From positions 1,184,001 through 1,248,000 of the forward strand of contig CAVPQB010000004.1 of NCBI GenBank assembly GCA_963707505.1: a stretch of 64,000 nucleotides of DNA. Reading direction: 5' to 3'. Under the pieces are notes generated by a model, which had not been told where the DNA came from, made no database searches, and saw only the letters and a list, made by a program, of their open reading frames with translations. Shown here one piece after another: positions 18,717 to 29,364 of this stretch; the first letter of the stretch is position 1; every line of letters begins with the position of its first letter. The stretch is from an uncultured Gemmatimonadales bacterium (GTDB lineage Bacteria; Gemmatimonadota; Gemmatimonadetes; Gemmatimonadales; Gemmatimonadaceae). A program made the translations under genes and the position numbers.

Positions 18717-21158
18717 TTACACGCCCAGCGCTGGAAACCTCGCAACGTTCGTCTCGCGCACGATCTCGTACACCGCGTCGAATACCGTCTCGACGTTCGG
18801 CTTGGACCAGTAATCGCCGTCCCGTCCGTATGCCGCGCGGTGTGCGGACGCGGCGAGCGTACGCGGCGCGGCATCGAGCCAATAGAATCCGCCCTGCCGT
18901 TCAAGCACTTCCTGCATCATGTACGCAGTCGCGCCACCCGGGACATCCTCGTCCAGGAAGAGCACTTTGTTCGTCTTCTTCAGCGATTCGACGATCACAC
19001 CATTGATGTCGAACGGGAGCAGCGACTGTACGTCGACCACTTCCACACTCACCCCGGCGTTGTCCTGCAGCAGGCGTGCCGCATCCAGCGCGATCTTGCA
19101 GCATGCACCGTAGGTTACTACAGTCACGTCGGAACCCTCACGCAGTATCTCCGGCACGCCGAGGGGTAGCGTGAACGTTCCGATGTTGGCTGGAAGCTTC
19201 TCCTTGATGCGGTATGCGTTGAGTACTTCGACGACAATTGCCGGATCATCTCCCCGGAGCAGAGTGTTGTAGAATCCCGCAGCGCGTGTCATGTCCCGGG
19301 GGACGAGAATGTACATTCCGCGAAGCGTGCCTAGCATCATCGCCATCGGCGAGCCGGAATGCCACACACCTACGAGGCGATGGCCACGCGTGCGCACTAT
19401 CACGGGCGCCTTCTGGCCGCCGCGCGTGCGGTAGCGTAGCGTGGCGAGGTCGTCCGACATTACCTGGAGTGCGTACAGCAGATAGTCGAGGTACTGAATC
19501 TCTGCGATCGGACGCAGGCCGCGCATGGCCATGCCTATCGCCTGACCGACGATCGTGCATTCGCGAATCCCCGTATCTCCAACGCGCAGCTCGCCGTAAC
19601 GAGCCTGCAGATCGACAAAGCCCTGATTCACGTCGCCCAGCTTGCCCACGTCCTCGCCGAATGCAATCACTCGCGGGTCGCGTTTGAGCGCCGCGTCGAA
19701 GCAGGCATTCAGCACCATGTAGCCATCGATGTCCGGTGCATCGTCCGGATAGTTCGGTGCTTCCACCTGCACAGCCAGCGCAGATTCGCTCGATTCCGAA
19801 TACAGCTCCGCGTGATAGCGGTCGTTCATCAGAGCTTCCTGCGCGCGCTTCCATTGGATCAGCGGCTCTGCAAGCGATGGCGTGTCGCGCAACGCAATAA
19901 TCGCTTCGTGCGCTGCAGCCGCGATCTCGCGCCGCAACGGTGTGGAGCGACCTGCAAGATCCTTCGCGATTGTAGCGAGTGTCGTTGCCGACGCATCACC
20001 CGCGTTGGTGGCGGCAGCTGTGATCAGAGCCTGGAGCTCATCCTTCTCCGCGTTTATCGGCGACTGATACGCGCGCCACGCCTCATCTCGTGCCGCCCGT
20101 GCTTCGTCTGTCGCACGCTCCTGCAGCGCGTCCATCTCAGCCCCGGTTGCGATCTTTTCCTTGATTATCCAGTCACGAAAGCGCGCGATTCCGTCATGAT
20201 CCTTCTCCCACTTGAGTCGCTCCGGGGACTTGTAGCGCTCGTGGCTGCCCGATGTCGAGTGGCCGTGCGGCTGTGTCATCTCGATGACGTGAACGACGGC
20301 GGGAACGTGACCGCGGCGAACGACGTTGGCAGTGCGTTGGAACGTCTCGACGAGCGCCGGATAATCCCAACCGCGAACAACCTCCAGCTCGAATCCCTTC
20401 TTCTCCGACGTTCGTTTGAACCCCTGCAGCAGTTCGGAAATGCTGCCCTTGGTCACCTGCATGTCGTTCGGAACCGAGATGCCATACCAGTCGTCCCATA
20501 CGGACAGAAGCATGGGAACCTGCAACACGCCCGCAGCGTTCACAGCTTCCCAGAACACGCCCTCGGCGCAGGACGCATTCCCGATCGTGCCGAACGCGAT
20601 CTCATTGCCGTTGTGTGAGAACTGAGTGAACTGGTGCAGCTCGTTCAGATTGCGATACAGCTTGGACGCGTACGCGAGTCCCAGAAGGCGCGGCATCTGG
20701 GAGCCGGTGGGAGAGCTGTCAGCCGATGACTGATACTGATCGGTGAGATTCTTCCATCTCCCCTGATCATCAAGCATGCGTGTGCCGAAGTGCGCATTCA
20801 TTCCTCGGCCACCCGATGCCGGATCGGCGGAGATGTCGGCGTGTGCGTAGAGTTGCGCGAAGAACTGTTGAACCGTGAGCAGCCCGAGCGCAAACATCAG
20901 CGTCTGATCGCGATAATAACCAGACCGGATGTCACCCCGCTCGAAGGACCTGGCCAGCGCGACCTGCGCGACTTCCTTTCCGTCGCCGAAGATTCCGAAC
21001 ATCGCCCTGCCCAGCATCACCTCGCCGCGAGCCAGCGTGCTCACCTGGCGGCTGGTGTAGGCGATTTCGTAATCCCTCAATACCCCGGCGCGATCGGCCT
21101 TTTCGGCTTTCACAGCCCTGGTCGCGATCGCCGTGCCGCCATCTTTGCCTTTGCTCAA
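18717..21158 (-). CDS. 2-oxoacid (branched-chain type) dehydrogenase E1, fused alpha+beta
   Basis: YYRDQT, TPP-binding region [33 protein letters not shown]; 813 aa. Confidence 0.92.
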   Translation of the reverse strand: MSKGKDGGTAIATRAVKAEKADRAGVLRDYEIAYTSRQVSTLARGEVMLGRAMFGIFGDGKEVAQVALARSFERGDIRSGYYRDQTLMFALGLLTVQQFFAQLYAHADISADPASGGRGMNAHFGTRMLDDQGRWKNLTDQYQSSADSSPTGSQMPRLLGLAYASKLYRNLNELHQFTQFSHNGNEIAFGTIGNASCAEGVFWEAVNAAGVLQVPMLLSVWDDWYGISVPNDMQVTKGSISELLQGFKRTSEKKGFELEVVRGWDYPALVETFQRTANVVRRGHVPAVVHVIEMTQPHGHSTSGSHERYKSPERLKWEKDHDGIARFRDWIIKEKIATGAEMDALQERATDEARAARDEAWRAYQSPINAEKDELQALITAAATNAGDASATTLATIAKDLAGRSTPLRREIAAAAHEAIIALRDTPSLAEPLIQWKRAQEALMNDRYHAELYSESSESALAVQVEAPNYPDDAPDIDGYMVLNACFDAALKRDPRVIAFGEDVGKLGDVNQGFVDLQARYGELRVGDTGIRECTIVGQAIGMAMRGLRPIAEIQYLDYLLYALQVMSDDLATLRYRTRGGQKAPVIVRTRGHRLVGVWHSGSPMAMMLGTLRGMYILVPRDMTRAAGFYNTLLRGDDPAIVVEVLNAYRIKEKLPANIGTFTLPLGVPEILREGSDVTVVTYGACCKIALDAARLLQDNAGVSVEVVDVQSLLPFDINGVIVESLKKTNKVLFLDEDVPGGATAYMMQEVLERQGGFYWLDAAPRTLAASAHRAAYGRDGDYWSKPNVETVFDAVYEIVRETNVARFPALGV

Positions 21159-21392
21159 CAGTGCTCCGATTTTGTCTGCTTATGCCTGTCAGAGGAGTTC
21201 CGGGGCCCCGAAAGCGCCCCAGCTTGCGAATATCGCCAGATTGACCGGCACACCCGGCAGCGAGCAATTTAGCCGGCCGCGTTGCATTTTTTGCATCCTG
21301 GTGTGGCGCCCGTCAGGAATCTCACATCTGGGGCGCCGTAACTCGTTGTAATGCTTGGATTTCGGGCCTCCAGCCTCTAAATTTATCAGGTT

Positions 21393-22679
21393 ATGGTACG
21401 AGTCGCCCGAGTCCAGCCAGATAGCGTCGCCGCGGAGCTTGGAATTGTTCCGGGGACGGAGATTCTGAGTGTCGATGGGCGCGCCATTGCCGACTTCCTC
21501 GATTGGGAATTTTTATCCGCCGAGGATGAGGTCGCGATCGAGGTCAGGCAGCCCGACGGAGAGACCGTCATCTTCGAAGTCGAGCGGCCGGAGCTCGAGC
21601 CATGGGGCATCATGCTGGAGCCGCCGCGCGTGCGGCAATGCGCGAACCGCTGCGAGTTCTGTTTCATCGAAGGCCTCCCGACCGGACTTCGCAAGCCGCT
21701 GTATCTGCGCGATGACGACTATCGCCTGTCCTTCGCGTACGGCAACTTCGCGACGCTCTCGAACGTCAAGGAGCGCGACATCAAGCGCATCCTCGAATAC
21801 CGTCTTTCGCCGCTCTACGTGTCGGTCCACGCGACCAACTGGGAGACGCGCAAGGTAGTTCTCAACAATCCCAAGGTTCCGAACATCATCGAGCAGCTCA
21901 CGCGCCTCGGCGAAGGTGGGATCCAGTTCCACTGCCAGATGGTTGTCGTTCCGGGACTGAACGACGGTGCGGTTCTCGAAGAGTCGCTTCAGGATCTCTG
22001 GAACATGGGTGACTCGGTAATCTCGGCCGCCGTCATTCCCGTCGGCCTCACGCAGTTCTCGCATCTGTACACGGGCAAGTCGATGGACCGCGACACTGCG
22101 CGCGGTCTTCTCGAGCACGTGGAACGCTGGAGTGAACGCGGAATGCGCGAGCGGGGAATGTCGTGGGTCGTCGGTTCGGACGAGCTGTACCTCCTGGCCG
22201 AGCGTGAACTTCCCGGCGAGGAGCACTACGGAGATTTCGCTCAGATAGAAAATGGAATCGGATCCGTCGCGCTGCTGCGCGTGCGAGTCCGCGACGGTGT
22301 CTCGCAACTGCCAGCGATGCCAGGCCGGCGTATCGGCGTCGTGACCGGAGTATCCATGGGCGCACTGATGCCGCCGTTGCTCGATCAGCTTACCAGGGCT
22401 ACCGGCGCGCACTTCGAGCTGATCGTCGCCGAGAATTCGCTGTTCGGACCCACCACCACGGCGTCTGGCCTCCTCGTTGGAGCAGACATTCGGCGCTCGC
22501 TGGCTGACCGGCACGACCTTGACCTGGCGCTCATCCCCGCCGAAACAATCAACGAAGACGGAATTTTTCTGGACGACGCCTCATTCATTGCGGTTCGCGA
22601 ATCGCTACCCATGCCTGTATTCCCCTCGTACGACTTCATCGACGTTCTTGCGTCCGAGCCGAGCGGGGTTGCAGCGTGA
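21393..22679 (+). CDS. PDZ + radical-SAM-like DUF512 protein
   Basis: N-terminal PDZ-like segment, CANRCEFC, DDDYRLSFAYGNF, QIENGIG. Confidence 0.9.
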   Translation: MVRVARVQPDSVAAELGIVPGTEILSVDGRAIADFLDWEFLSAEDEVAIEVRQPDGETVIFEVERPELEPWGIMLEPPRVRQCANRCEFCFIEGLPTGLRKPLYLRDDDYRLSFAYGNFATLSNVKERDIKRILEYRLSPLYVSVHATNWETRKVVLNNPKVPNIIEQLTRLGEGGIQFHCQMVVVPGLNDGAVLEESLQDLWNMGDSVISAAVIPVGLTQFSHLYTGKSMDRDTARGLLEHVERWSERGMRERGMSWVVGSDELYLLAERELPGEEHYGDFAQIENGIGSVALLRVRVRDGVSQLPAMPGRRIGVVTGVSMGALMPPLLDQLTRATGAHFELIVAENSLFGPTTTASGLLVGADIRRSLADRHDLDLALIPAETINEDGIFLDDASFIAVRESLPMPVFPSYDFIDVLASEPSGVAA

Positions 22680-23986
22680 GCGGTACTCCTGTCGTCGCGA
22701 TCATCGGACGCCCCAACGTCGGCAAATCCGCTCTCTTCAACCGAATCGTCGGCGGAAACGCCGCGATTGTGAGTGACGAGGCCGGCACAACGCGTGATCG
22801 CCACTTCGGACGCGCCGAGTGGAATGGAAGATCGTTCTGGCTCGTCGACACCGGCGGGCTTCCGGAGAATACGCGCGAAGCAATCGACGGTGAGATTCGC
22901 AAACAGGTTCTCGAAGCAATCGCAGAGGCGGATCTGCTGGCGTTCGTTGTCGATGCACAGCTTGGCGTGCATCCCAACGACGCGAAAGTCCTCGACCTGC
23001 TGCGTGAATCCGGGAAGCCGTGGATGATCATAGCCAACAAGGTCGACGACCCGGCAAGCACCGACTTCTACGAGTTCTACAGACTCGGCGCCGGCGAGCC
23101 GATGCCGGTTTCTGCGACGAACGGCAAGGGATCGGGAGATCTCCTCGACGCAATGGCCGCGCTGCTGCCTGAAACGACGGAGGAAGAGACCGATGCGATT
23201 CGCGTTGCAATCGTGGGTCGCCCGAATGTTGGGAAGTCTTCGCTCGTGAACCGCATGCTCGGCGAGCAGCGTCTCGTAGTTTCAGAAGTCGCTGGTACGA
23301 CCAGGGACGCTATCGATACGCCGTTCAGGTATCACGGCCGCGATTTCATCTTCATCGATACCGCGGGTCTGCGGCGTCAGGCCAGGATCGACGACGGCAT
23401 CGAGTTCTATTCGTCGCTCCGAACGCGTCGGGCGATCGAGCGCTCCGACGTGTGCATTCTCGTCATCGACGCGGTGGAGGGCTTGCACAATCAGGACCTC
23501 AAGATTGCGACGATGGCGTGGGATTCCGGCCGCGCGTTGATCGTAGTCGTGAACAAGTGGGACCTGAAGGAGAAGGAGAACAACACTGCAGCGAAGTTCG
23601 AGAAGGAGATCGTCGAGAAGGTCCCGTACCTCGGCTTCGTGCCCTTCGTATTTACGTCTGCACTCACGGGACAGCGGGTCACGAAGTTGTTCGACCTCAT
23701 TCTTCAGGTCGAGGCCGAGCGCGAGAAAAGAATTTCGACTTCCGATATCAATGACACGTTGCAGAGTCTGCTCGCGCGTCGACAGCCGCCACAGGCAGCG
23801 GGTCGTGAGATCAAATTGAATTACGCAACGCAGGTCGAAACGTCACCGCCGACCATCGCGGTATTCGGTAATCATCCCGAGCTCGTACAGGAGCACTACA
23901 TACGCTTTCTGCACAATGGATTCAGAGCGGCCTACGGCTTCACCGGCAACCCGCTCAACATCGTGCTGCGGCGTAAATCGGCGTAG
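22676..23986 (+). CDS. der: Ribosome biogenesis GTPase Der
   Basis: Two GRPNVGKS P-loops, DTGG/DTAG, NKVD/NKWD. Confidence 0.99.
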   Translation: MSGTPVVAIIGRPNVGKSALFNRIVGGNAAIVSDEAGTTRDRHFGRAEWNGRSFWLVDTGGLPENTREAIDGEIRKQVLEAIAEADLLAFVVDAQLGVHPNDAKVLDLLRESGKPWMIIANKVDDPASTDFYEFYRLGAGEPMPVSATNGKGSGDLLDAMAALLPETTEEETDAIRVAIVGRPNVGKSSLVNRMLGEQRLVVSEVAGTTRDAIDTPFRYHGRDFIFIDTAGLRRQARIDDGIEFYSSLRTRRAIERSDVCILVIDAVEGLHNQDLKIATMAWDSGRALIVVVNKWDLKEKENNTAAKFEKEIVEKVPYLGFVPFVFTSALTGQRVTKLFDLILQVEAEREKRISTSDINDTLQSLLARRQPPQAAGREIKLNYATQVETSPPTIAVFGNHPELVQEHYIRFLHNGFRAAYGFTGNPLNIVLRRKSA

Positions 23987-24643
23987 ATGGGTTCCATCCA
24001 TCTTCCGGTAGTCGTCGCGATAGTGATTGCCTACGTCGCCGGCTCGATTCCGTCCGCGTACCTTGCGGGGAAGTGGCGCGGCATCGATCTGCGCCAGCAT
24101 GGCTCCGGTAATCTTGGTGCGACCAACGTCGTGCGTGTGCTCGGCATCCGCATCGGCGCGGTCGTCTTCATCGTCGATACACTGAAGGGTTTCCTTCCGG
24201 TGTTCTTTCTGCCGGCGCTCACGGGCGCGGCGCAGCCAGAGCTGATCAGCCTTGCGGTTGGCGGCGCTGCGATAATTGGTCACGTGCGGCCTGTCTTTCT
24301 GCTCGGCCAGAAGGGTGGGAAGGGCGTTGCGACCGCCGGCGGTGTGTTTCTGGGCGTCGCCTGGTTGCCAGCCGTCATAGCGTTCGCTGTGTGGATTGTG
24401 GTGTTCGCCACGTCTCGCTACGTGAGCGTCGCGTCACTCAGCGCCGCTCTCGCGTTGCCGTTTGCGTTTTTCTTCAGCGGCGTCGCGATCTCGGATCCGT
24501 TTTTCATTGCATCGATCATTGTCGCGCTGTTTGTATTCTTCACACATCGCGCGAACATCGGGCGACTGCGACGTGGCGAGGAACATCGTTTCAAGAGCGC
24601 ACGGCCCGACGGTGTGAGCCAGCAACCGCCGCACACAACGTGA
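23987..24643 (+). CDS. plsY: Glycerol-3-phosphate acyltransferase
   Basis: GSGNLGATNVVR, GGKGVAT, HRANIGRL. Confidence 0.97.
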   Translation: MGSIHLPVVVAIVIAYVAGSIPSAYLAGKWRGIDLRQHGSGNLGATNVVRVLGIRIGAVVFIVDTLKGFLPVFFLPALTGAAQPELISLAVGGAAIIGHVRPVFLLGQKGGKGVATAGGVFLGVAWLPAVIAFAVWIVVFATSRYVSVASLSAALALPFAFFFSGVAISDPFFIASIIVALFVFFTHRANIGRLRRGEEHRFKSARPDGVSQQPPHTT

Positions 24644-24678
24644 GCACAACATGAGTGCAAAGTGACTGGCGCGTCACG

Positions 24679-25671
24679 ATGAAGTGCGCGGTGCTGGGTG
24701 CCGGTGCATGGGGTGCCGCGCTCGCCGACCGGCTGGCGAGGAACGCCCACGATGTGCGACTGTGGGCGTATGAGCCTGATGTCGCGCAGTCGGTGAACGA
24801 CACGCATCGTAATCGTTTTCTCGCCGGCGTCGAGCTGTCTCCGTCGATCGTCGCATCAACTGAGATGAAGGATGTCGTTACCGGCGCGCAATTCGTCGTG
24901 CTTGTCGCGCCATCGCATGTGACGCGAGCCGTCGCGGAGGCTGCGCAGCCGTATCTGTCACGTGAGGCGGTCGTCGTCATTGCGTCCAAGGGTATCGAGC
25001 AACATTCGCTCGCGCGCATGACAGAAGTTGCGGCAGACGTATTCGATCGACCCGGTGCCGTCGCGCTTTCCGGCCCTACCTTCGCCGCCGAAGTCGCCCG
25101 GAACCAGCCAGCTGCCATCGTTGCGGCTTGCACTGAGCGAGCACCTGCCGAACAGGTGCAGCAGCTCTTCCACGGACCGGCATTCCGCGTCTATACCCAA
25201 CACGACGTGGTAGGCGTCGAGCTGGGCGGTGCGGTAAAGAATGTGATGGCGGTTGCAACCGGGATCGCCGAGGGCCTGGGCCTTGGATTCAATGCGCGTG
25301 CTGCGCTGATAACGAGAGGGCTCGCCGAGATGACGCGGCTTGGCGTCGCGCTTGGCGCCGATCCTGCTACATTTGCCGGACTCGCCGGCATGGGTGATCT
25401 GGTGCTCACGTGCACTGGCCAACTGAGTCGTAACCGCTCGCTGGGCGTCGAAATCGGCGGTGGCAGGACGCTGGATGAGGCACTTGCCGGGCGCGACACA
25501 GTGGCGGAGGGCGTTATCACGACGCGGTCGGCCAGGGAACTCGCCGAGCGCGCCGGAGTGGACATGCCGATCGTGGATGCGGTCTTCTCCGTGCTGTTCG
25601 ACGGTCAGGCACCGCGTGACGCGATCGTCGATTTGATGAACCGGGATCCGCGCGCCGAGCGCGACGAGTGA
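24679..25671 (+). CDS. gpsA: NAD(P)H-dependent glycerol-3-phosphate dehydrogenase
   Basis: GAGAWG, GGAVKNV, GLAGMGDLVLTC, SRNRSLG. Confidence 0.98.
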   Translation: MKCAVLGAGAWGAALADRLARNAHDVRLWAYEPDVAQSVNDTHRNRFLAGVELSPSIVASTEMKDVVTGAQFVVLVAPSHVTRAVAEAAQPYLSREAVVVIASKGIEQHSLARMTEVAADVFDRPGAVALSGPTFAAEVARNQPAAIVAACTERAPAEQVQQLFHGPAFRVYTQHDVVGVELGGAVKNVMAVATGIAEGLGLGFNARAALITRGLAEMTRLGVALGADPATFAGLAGMGDLVLTCTGQLSRNRSLGVEIGGGRTLDEALAGRDTVAEGVITTRSARELAERAGVDMPIVDAVFSVLFDGQAPRDAIVDLMNRDPRAERDE

Positions 25672-26078
25672 AGGGAGAAATCGTGGCTACCATACCAGTC
25701 CGTGAGTTCTTCTCGATCGGTGACGTGTGCGATCTTACCGATCTCAAGCCGCACGTTCTTCGCTATTGGGAAAGTCAGTTCCGCTTTCTCCATCCCGCGA
25801 AGAACCGATCCGGCAACCGTGTGTATCAGCGCCGCGAGGTCGAGCTGATCATGCTGGTGAAGGAACTGCTGTACGTGGACAAGTACACCATCGAAGGTGC
25901 GCGTGCGCGTGTCGATGAATACAGAAAGAACGGCGCGCTCAAGACTGCGACGCGCGACGCGCTCGCATCCAGCAGCGTCGATGCACTGGAGCGCGATCTC
26001 CAGCGGATAGTCAGCGCGCTCGACGGCGTCGATGTCGAGGAGACGGCAGGCGAGCAGGAAGTAGAGGTCGCGGAGTGA
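25668..26078 (+). CDS. MerR-family HTH regulator
   Basis: FSIGDVCDLTDLKPHVLRYWESQF ... GNRVY. Confidence 0.92.
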   Translation: MKGEIVATIPVREFFSIGDVCDLTDLKPHVLRYWESQFRFLHPAKNRSGNRVYQRREVELIMLVKELLYVDKYTIEGARARVDEYRKNGALKTATRDALASSSVDALERDLQRIVSALDGVDVEETAGEQEVEVAE

Positions 26079-26782
26079 TCGACCGAACCGATACGCCGGA
26101 AGTGACTGGCGTGCGGGTGTGCATCCTCCCGGCGTTCGATGCGGATGCAACGGTCGCAGCCGTCGTCGCCTCAGTGCGCCGGCACATGGGTGCTGTGTTC
26201 GTCCTCGGTGTGGATGACGGCTCGCTCGACGCGACGCGCACTGTGCTCAAGCGCGCGTGCGATCATGTCATCTGCTTCGACTCCAATCGTGGCAAGGGCG
26301 CTGCGTTGCGCGCCGCGTTCGCATATGCAGCCGAGCATTTTCCGCGCAGCCAGGTCGTCACTCTCGACGCGGATGGCCAACACGACCCGGCGTTCGCTCC
26401 GCGCCTGCTCGACGCGCTCGACCTGGCCGACATCGTGATCGGTACGCGCGAGATCGGCTTGCCGTCGGTTCCTCCGCATCGCCGCATCGCCAACTTCGTT
26501 TCTACTGCGGCGACGCGCGCGGTTACACGATTGCGTCTCACCGACAGCCAGTCGGGCTTTCGTGCATTTCGTCCCGAGGTGGTTGCCGCGATCGAAGCGC
26601 AGGGCGACCGTTACGAGTACGAAACGGATTTCATCGTACGTGCGTCGCACCGCGGCTATCGCATCGCCGAGGTGTCCGTGCCGACGATATATGGGCCGCC
26701 GAGTCACTTTCGCGAGCTGGTCGATAGCTGGCGTGTCGCGCGCGTCCTGTGGAGTCATCGCGCCGCTGCGTTCCGCTCCTGA
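26075..26782 (+). CDS. Glycosyltransferase family 2
   Basis: VDDGSLD, NRGKGAAL, DADGQH, DSQSGFR. Confidence 0.93.
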   Translation: MIDRTDTPEVTGVRVCILPAFDADATVAAVVASVRRHMGAVFVLGVDDGSLDATRTVLKRACDHVICFDSNRGKGAALRAAFAYAAEHFPRSQVVTLDADGQHDPAFAPRLLDALDLADIVIGTREIGLPSVPPHRRIANFVSTAATRAVTRLRLTDSQSGFRAFRPEVVAAIEAQGDRYEYETDFIVRASHRGYRIAEVSVPTIYGPPSHFRELVDSWRVARVLWSHRAAAFRS

Positions 26783-26806
26783 CGCCGTCAACCAAATGAA
26801 AAATCT

Positions 26807-27562
26807 GTGAAGATCCTTTGCAGCAACGACGACGGCGTCTTCGCCGCCGGACTCGATGTACTCGTTCGCGCAGCGTCGCAGCTTGGTGACGTCACCGTGG
26901 TGGCACCGGATCGCGAGCAGAGTGCAACCAGTCACTCGCTGACGTTGCATCGTCCGTTGCGCCCTGTTCATCTACCTGATGGACGCTATCAGGTCGACGG
27001 TACGCCGACCGATTGCGTAATGCTCGCAATCGAAGGACTGATGCCCGAGCGACCCGACTGGGTGCTGAGTGGAATCAATCATGGCATGAACATGGGCGAG
27101 GACGTGTTGTATTCCGGCACCGTTGCAGCGGCCATGGAAGGTCTCGTGCTCGGCGTTCCATCGATCGCATTGTCGTTCGCGGGTGGTGAGATGCGATCCG
27201 AGTCGGAGAAGCTCGAGATGCACATGCCGGCGGTCGTCGACCTCTTGCGCGAGCTCACTTCTCTCAACGTGCCGAGCACGACGCTGTTCAACGTCAATCT
27301 TCCGCCCGTGTTCGGTGCTGATGTGAAGGGAGTGAAGCTCACGCGGCTCGGACGGCGTCAGTTCACCAATTCGATTCGCCCCATGAGCGATCCGTGGGGA
27401 CGGCCGCTTTACTGGATCGGGGCCGGCTCCATGTCGTGGACCGGCGGCGAGGACTCTGACTACCGCGCCGTCGAAGAAGGCTACATCTCAGTGACTCCAC
27501 TTCACCTCGACCTGACAAATGGCCCGATGATCGAATCCGCGGAGAGTTGGTGGCGCCGGTAG
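26807..27562 (+). CDS. surE: 5'/3'-nucleotidase SurE
   Basis: SNDDG, GTPTDCV, SGINHGMN, YSGTVAAA. Confidence 0.98.
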   Translation: MKILCSNDDGVFAAGLDVLVRAASQLGDVTVVAPDREQSATSHSLTLHRPLRPVHLPDGRYQVDGTPTDCVMLAIEGLMPERPDWVLSGINHGMNMGEDVLYSGTVAAAMEGLVLGVPSIALSFAGGEMRSESEKLEMHMPAVVDLLRELTSLNVPSTTLFNVNLPPVFGADVKGVKLTRLGRRQFTNSIRPMSDPWGRPLYWIGAGSMSWTGGEDSDYRAVEEGYISVTPLHLDLTNGPMIESAESWWRR

Positions 27563-28206
27563 CCGAAACCGAGTACCTCGGCGCGCGACGACATCTCGTG
27601 CAGCTACTGCAGGAGCAGGGTATTCGCGACCTGTCGGTTCTGCACGCGATCGATGAAGTCCCGCGCCACAGATTCGTCCCGACCGGCGTGCGGCATCGCG
27701 CCTACGAGGACTCCTCGCTCCCGATCGGCAGTGGCCAGACCATATCGCAGCCGAGTATTCATGCGCGCTATCTGGAACTGCTTCACCTGACGGGCGAGGA
27801 GCGCGTTCTGGAGATCGGCACCGGCTCGGGGTATCAGACGGCGCTTCTGGCAAGAATGGTTGCACAGGTGTTTTCCGTGGAGCGAATCGGCGCGCTCCTG
27901 GACCGGGCGCGTGACGTTCTGGGCGAGATCGGCGTCCGCAACGTATCCTTCCTGTTGGGAGACGGAACACTAGGCTGGCGGCAATACGGTCCTTACGACG
28001 CAATTCTGGTAAGCGCCGCCGCTCCGACCGTTCCACCCGCGTATGTGGAGCAGCTTGCTGATGGCGGTCGTCTTTTGATCCCTCTAGGCGAGCGTGAGGA
28101 GCAGGTCCTCAACGTAATAACTCGGCGCGGCGACGCGCTGGAGCAGGTGGAGGCGGGCCCGGTGCGGTTCGTCCCCCTGCTGGGCAAAGAGAGCTGGGAG
28201 AGTTAA
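27547..28206 (+). CDS. pcm: Protein-L-isoaspartate O-methyltransferase
   Basis: GQTISQP, VLEIGTGSGYQ, VRFVPL. Confidence 0.98.
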   Translation: MVAPVAETEYLGARRHLVQLLQEQGIRDLSVLHAIDEVPRHRFVPTGVRHRAYEDSSLPIGSGQTISQPSIHARYLELLHLTGEERVLEIGTGSGYQTALLARMVAQVFSVERIGALLDRARDVLGEIGVRNVSFLLGDGTLGWRQYGPYDAILVSAAAPTVPPAYVEQLADGGRLLIPLGEREEQVLNVITRRGDALEQVEAGPVRFVPLLGKESWES

Positions 28207-28207
28207 C

Positions 28208-29011
28208 TTGGCCGGAATGCTTCCACCATTCGTGCCGCCTGCGGCGCGTGTCTCTAGCGAGACGCTTCCTCTGATCACGGAATTCGTGATCGATCGTGTC
28301 GAACGCTCGTTCGAGAGTTCGTTCAGCCTCTCTGACGACTCAGGAGCCGTAGCGACAGCCACGCTGCCGTCTATCGACGAATTCGTCCGTGACGCGCCAG
28401 AAGCGGCCCGGGATGCCGATGATGAATTCATGCAGCGTACTTCGCGCAGTCCATGGGGGACCTACGAGGCCGAGCACGAGGTTGGTCAGGGAACGCCGTT
28501 ACCAGCAACGCCGGCCGCCGCGCTTGAGCCTGACCTCCTTCCGATCGACGACCATCGCGCCCCGCCATCCGGAACGGAGGACGCGGTTGTGAACGAGATC
28601 GCCGAGCCAGCCGACGCGTGGGCCGCAACTGCTGGCAGCGGCTCTCAGACGGCTGCCGAGAAGGCACCGGCGCCAGTGCAGAACGCGGGATCCGGTGCGC
28701 AGCCGGCGCACCCAGCTCCGGTCGCGCCAGAGGTCTGGGTGTCGGAGGAGCGGGACGCATTCGACTGGCATGCGGTTGCAAGTCTTACGGTGCCGCCAGC
28801 AGAGGAACAACGGGCGGCGGAAGAGTGGTCGTCCACCGAGTGGGACAGGTCGAGCGGATCGATGCAGGATCATATCGCGGCGCAGCTCGCACAGGTCTCG
28901 CGTCGTGTGCGCTCCGGCGAGCTCGAAGTGCGCGGCAGCAAGCAGATGGGGCCCGAGGCCGCGCTGGTCGCGGCGCTTGCGGCGTTGCTGTCGGAGCAGG
29001 GCAGGAAGTAG
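28208..29011 (+). CDS. Hypothetical acidic Pro/Ala-rich protein with helical C-terminus
   Basis: Starts 1 nt after pcm and fills the gap on the operon strand; no recognised family. Confidence 0.75.
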   Translation: MAGMLPPFVPPAARVSSETLPLITEFVIDRVERSFESSFSLSDDSGAVATATLPSIDEFVRDAPEAARDADDEFMQRTSRSPWGTYEAEHEVGQGTPLPATPAAALEPDLLPIDDHRAPPSGTEDAVVNEIAEPADAWAATAGSGSQTAAEKAPAPVQNAGSGAQPAHPAPVAPEVWVSEERDAFDWHAVASLTVPPAEEQRAAEEWSSTEWDRSSGSMQDHIAAQLAQVSRRVRSGELEVRGSKQMGPEAALVAALAALLSEQGRK

Positions 29012-29124
29012 CAGTACGGCCGCTCCTCGCGGCCAGCTGGATGACTCCGGTGTAGCGCGCAGCTTGACACTACACGGCTTTTCATCGCCTACGCGCATCC
29101 TGCCTGGGTGCGCACTTGCACAGT

Positions 29125-29205
29125 CGGCGCCGATATCAACGCGACGGCGTTCCGGAGTACCGGATCGTCCATGCTGACGCGCGGATTATGGAGAGATGGC
29201 GCCGG
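29125..29205 (+). pseudogene. Fragment resembling Uma2-family endonuclease C-terminal motif
   Basis: RRRYQRDGVPEYRIVHADARIMERWRR resembles the Uma2 Y-x3-GVPEYWIVD-x5-ERW motif; the rest of the gene is absent. Confidence 0.55.
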
Positions 29206-29364
29206 GCTTCGTGCCGTACGGTCGAGCCGATGGCCAAGCGCGACGATTGGCTTCGGCCGCTAGCGAGCGGTTATATTGACCGCGCGCGTTCGGCGCTCCG
29301 CATTGCAATAAGATGCGTTAACACCGCACTGCAACAGCTTGCGATAGCACGACTTACAAGTTTC

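Noticed and set aside
28299..28314. Another CGAAC-N4-GTTCG palindrome (TCGAACGCTCGTTCGA)
   Set aside because: Inside a coding region about 90 nt after the start with no promoter context; probably chance
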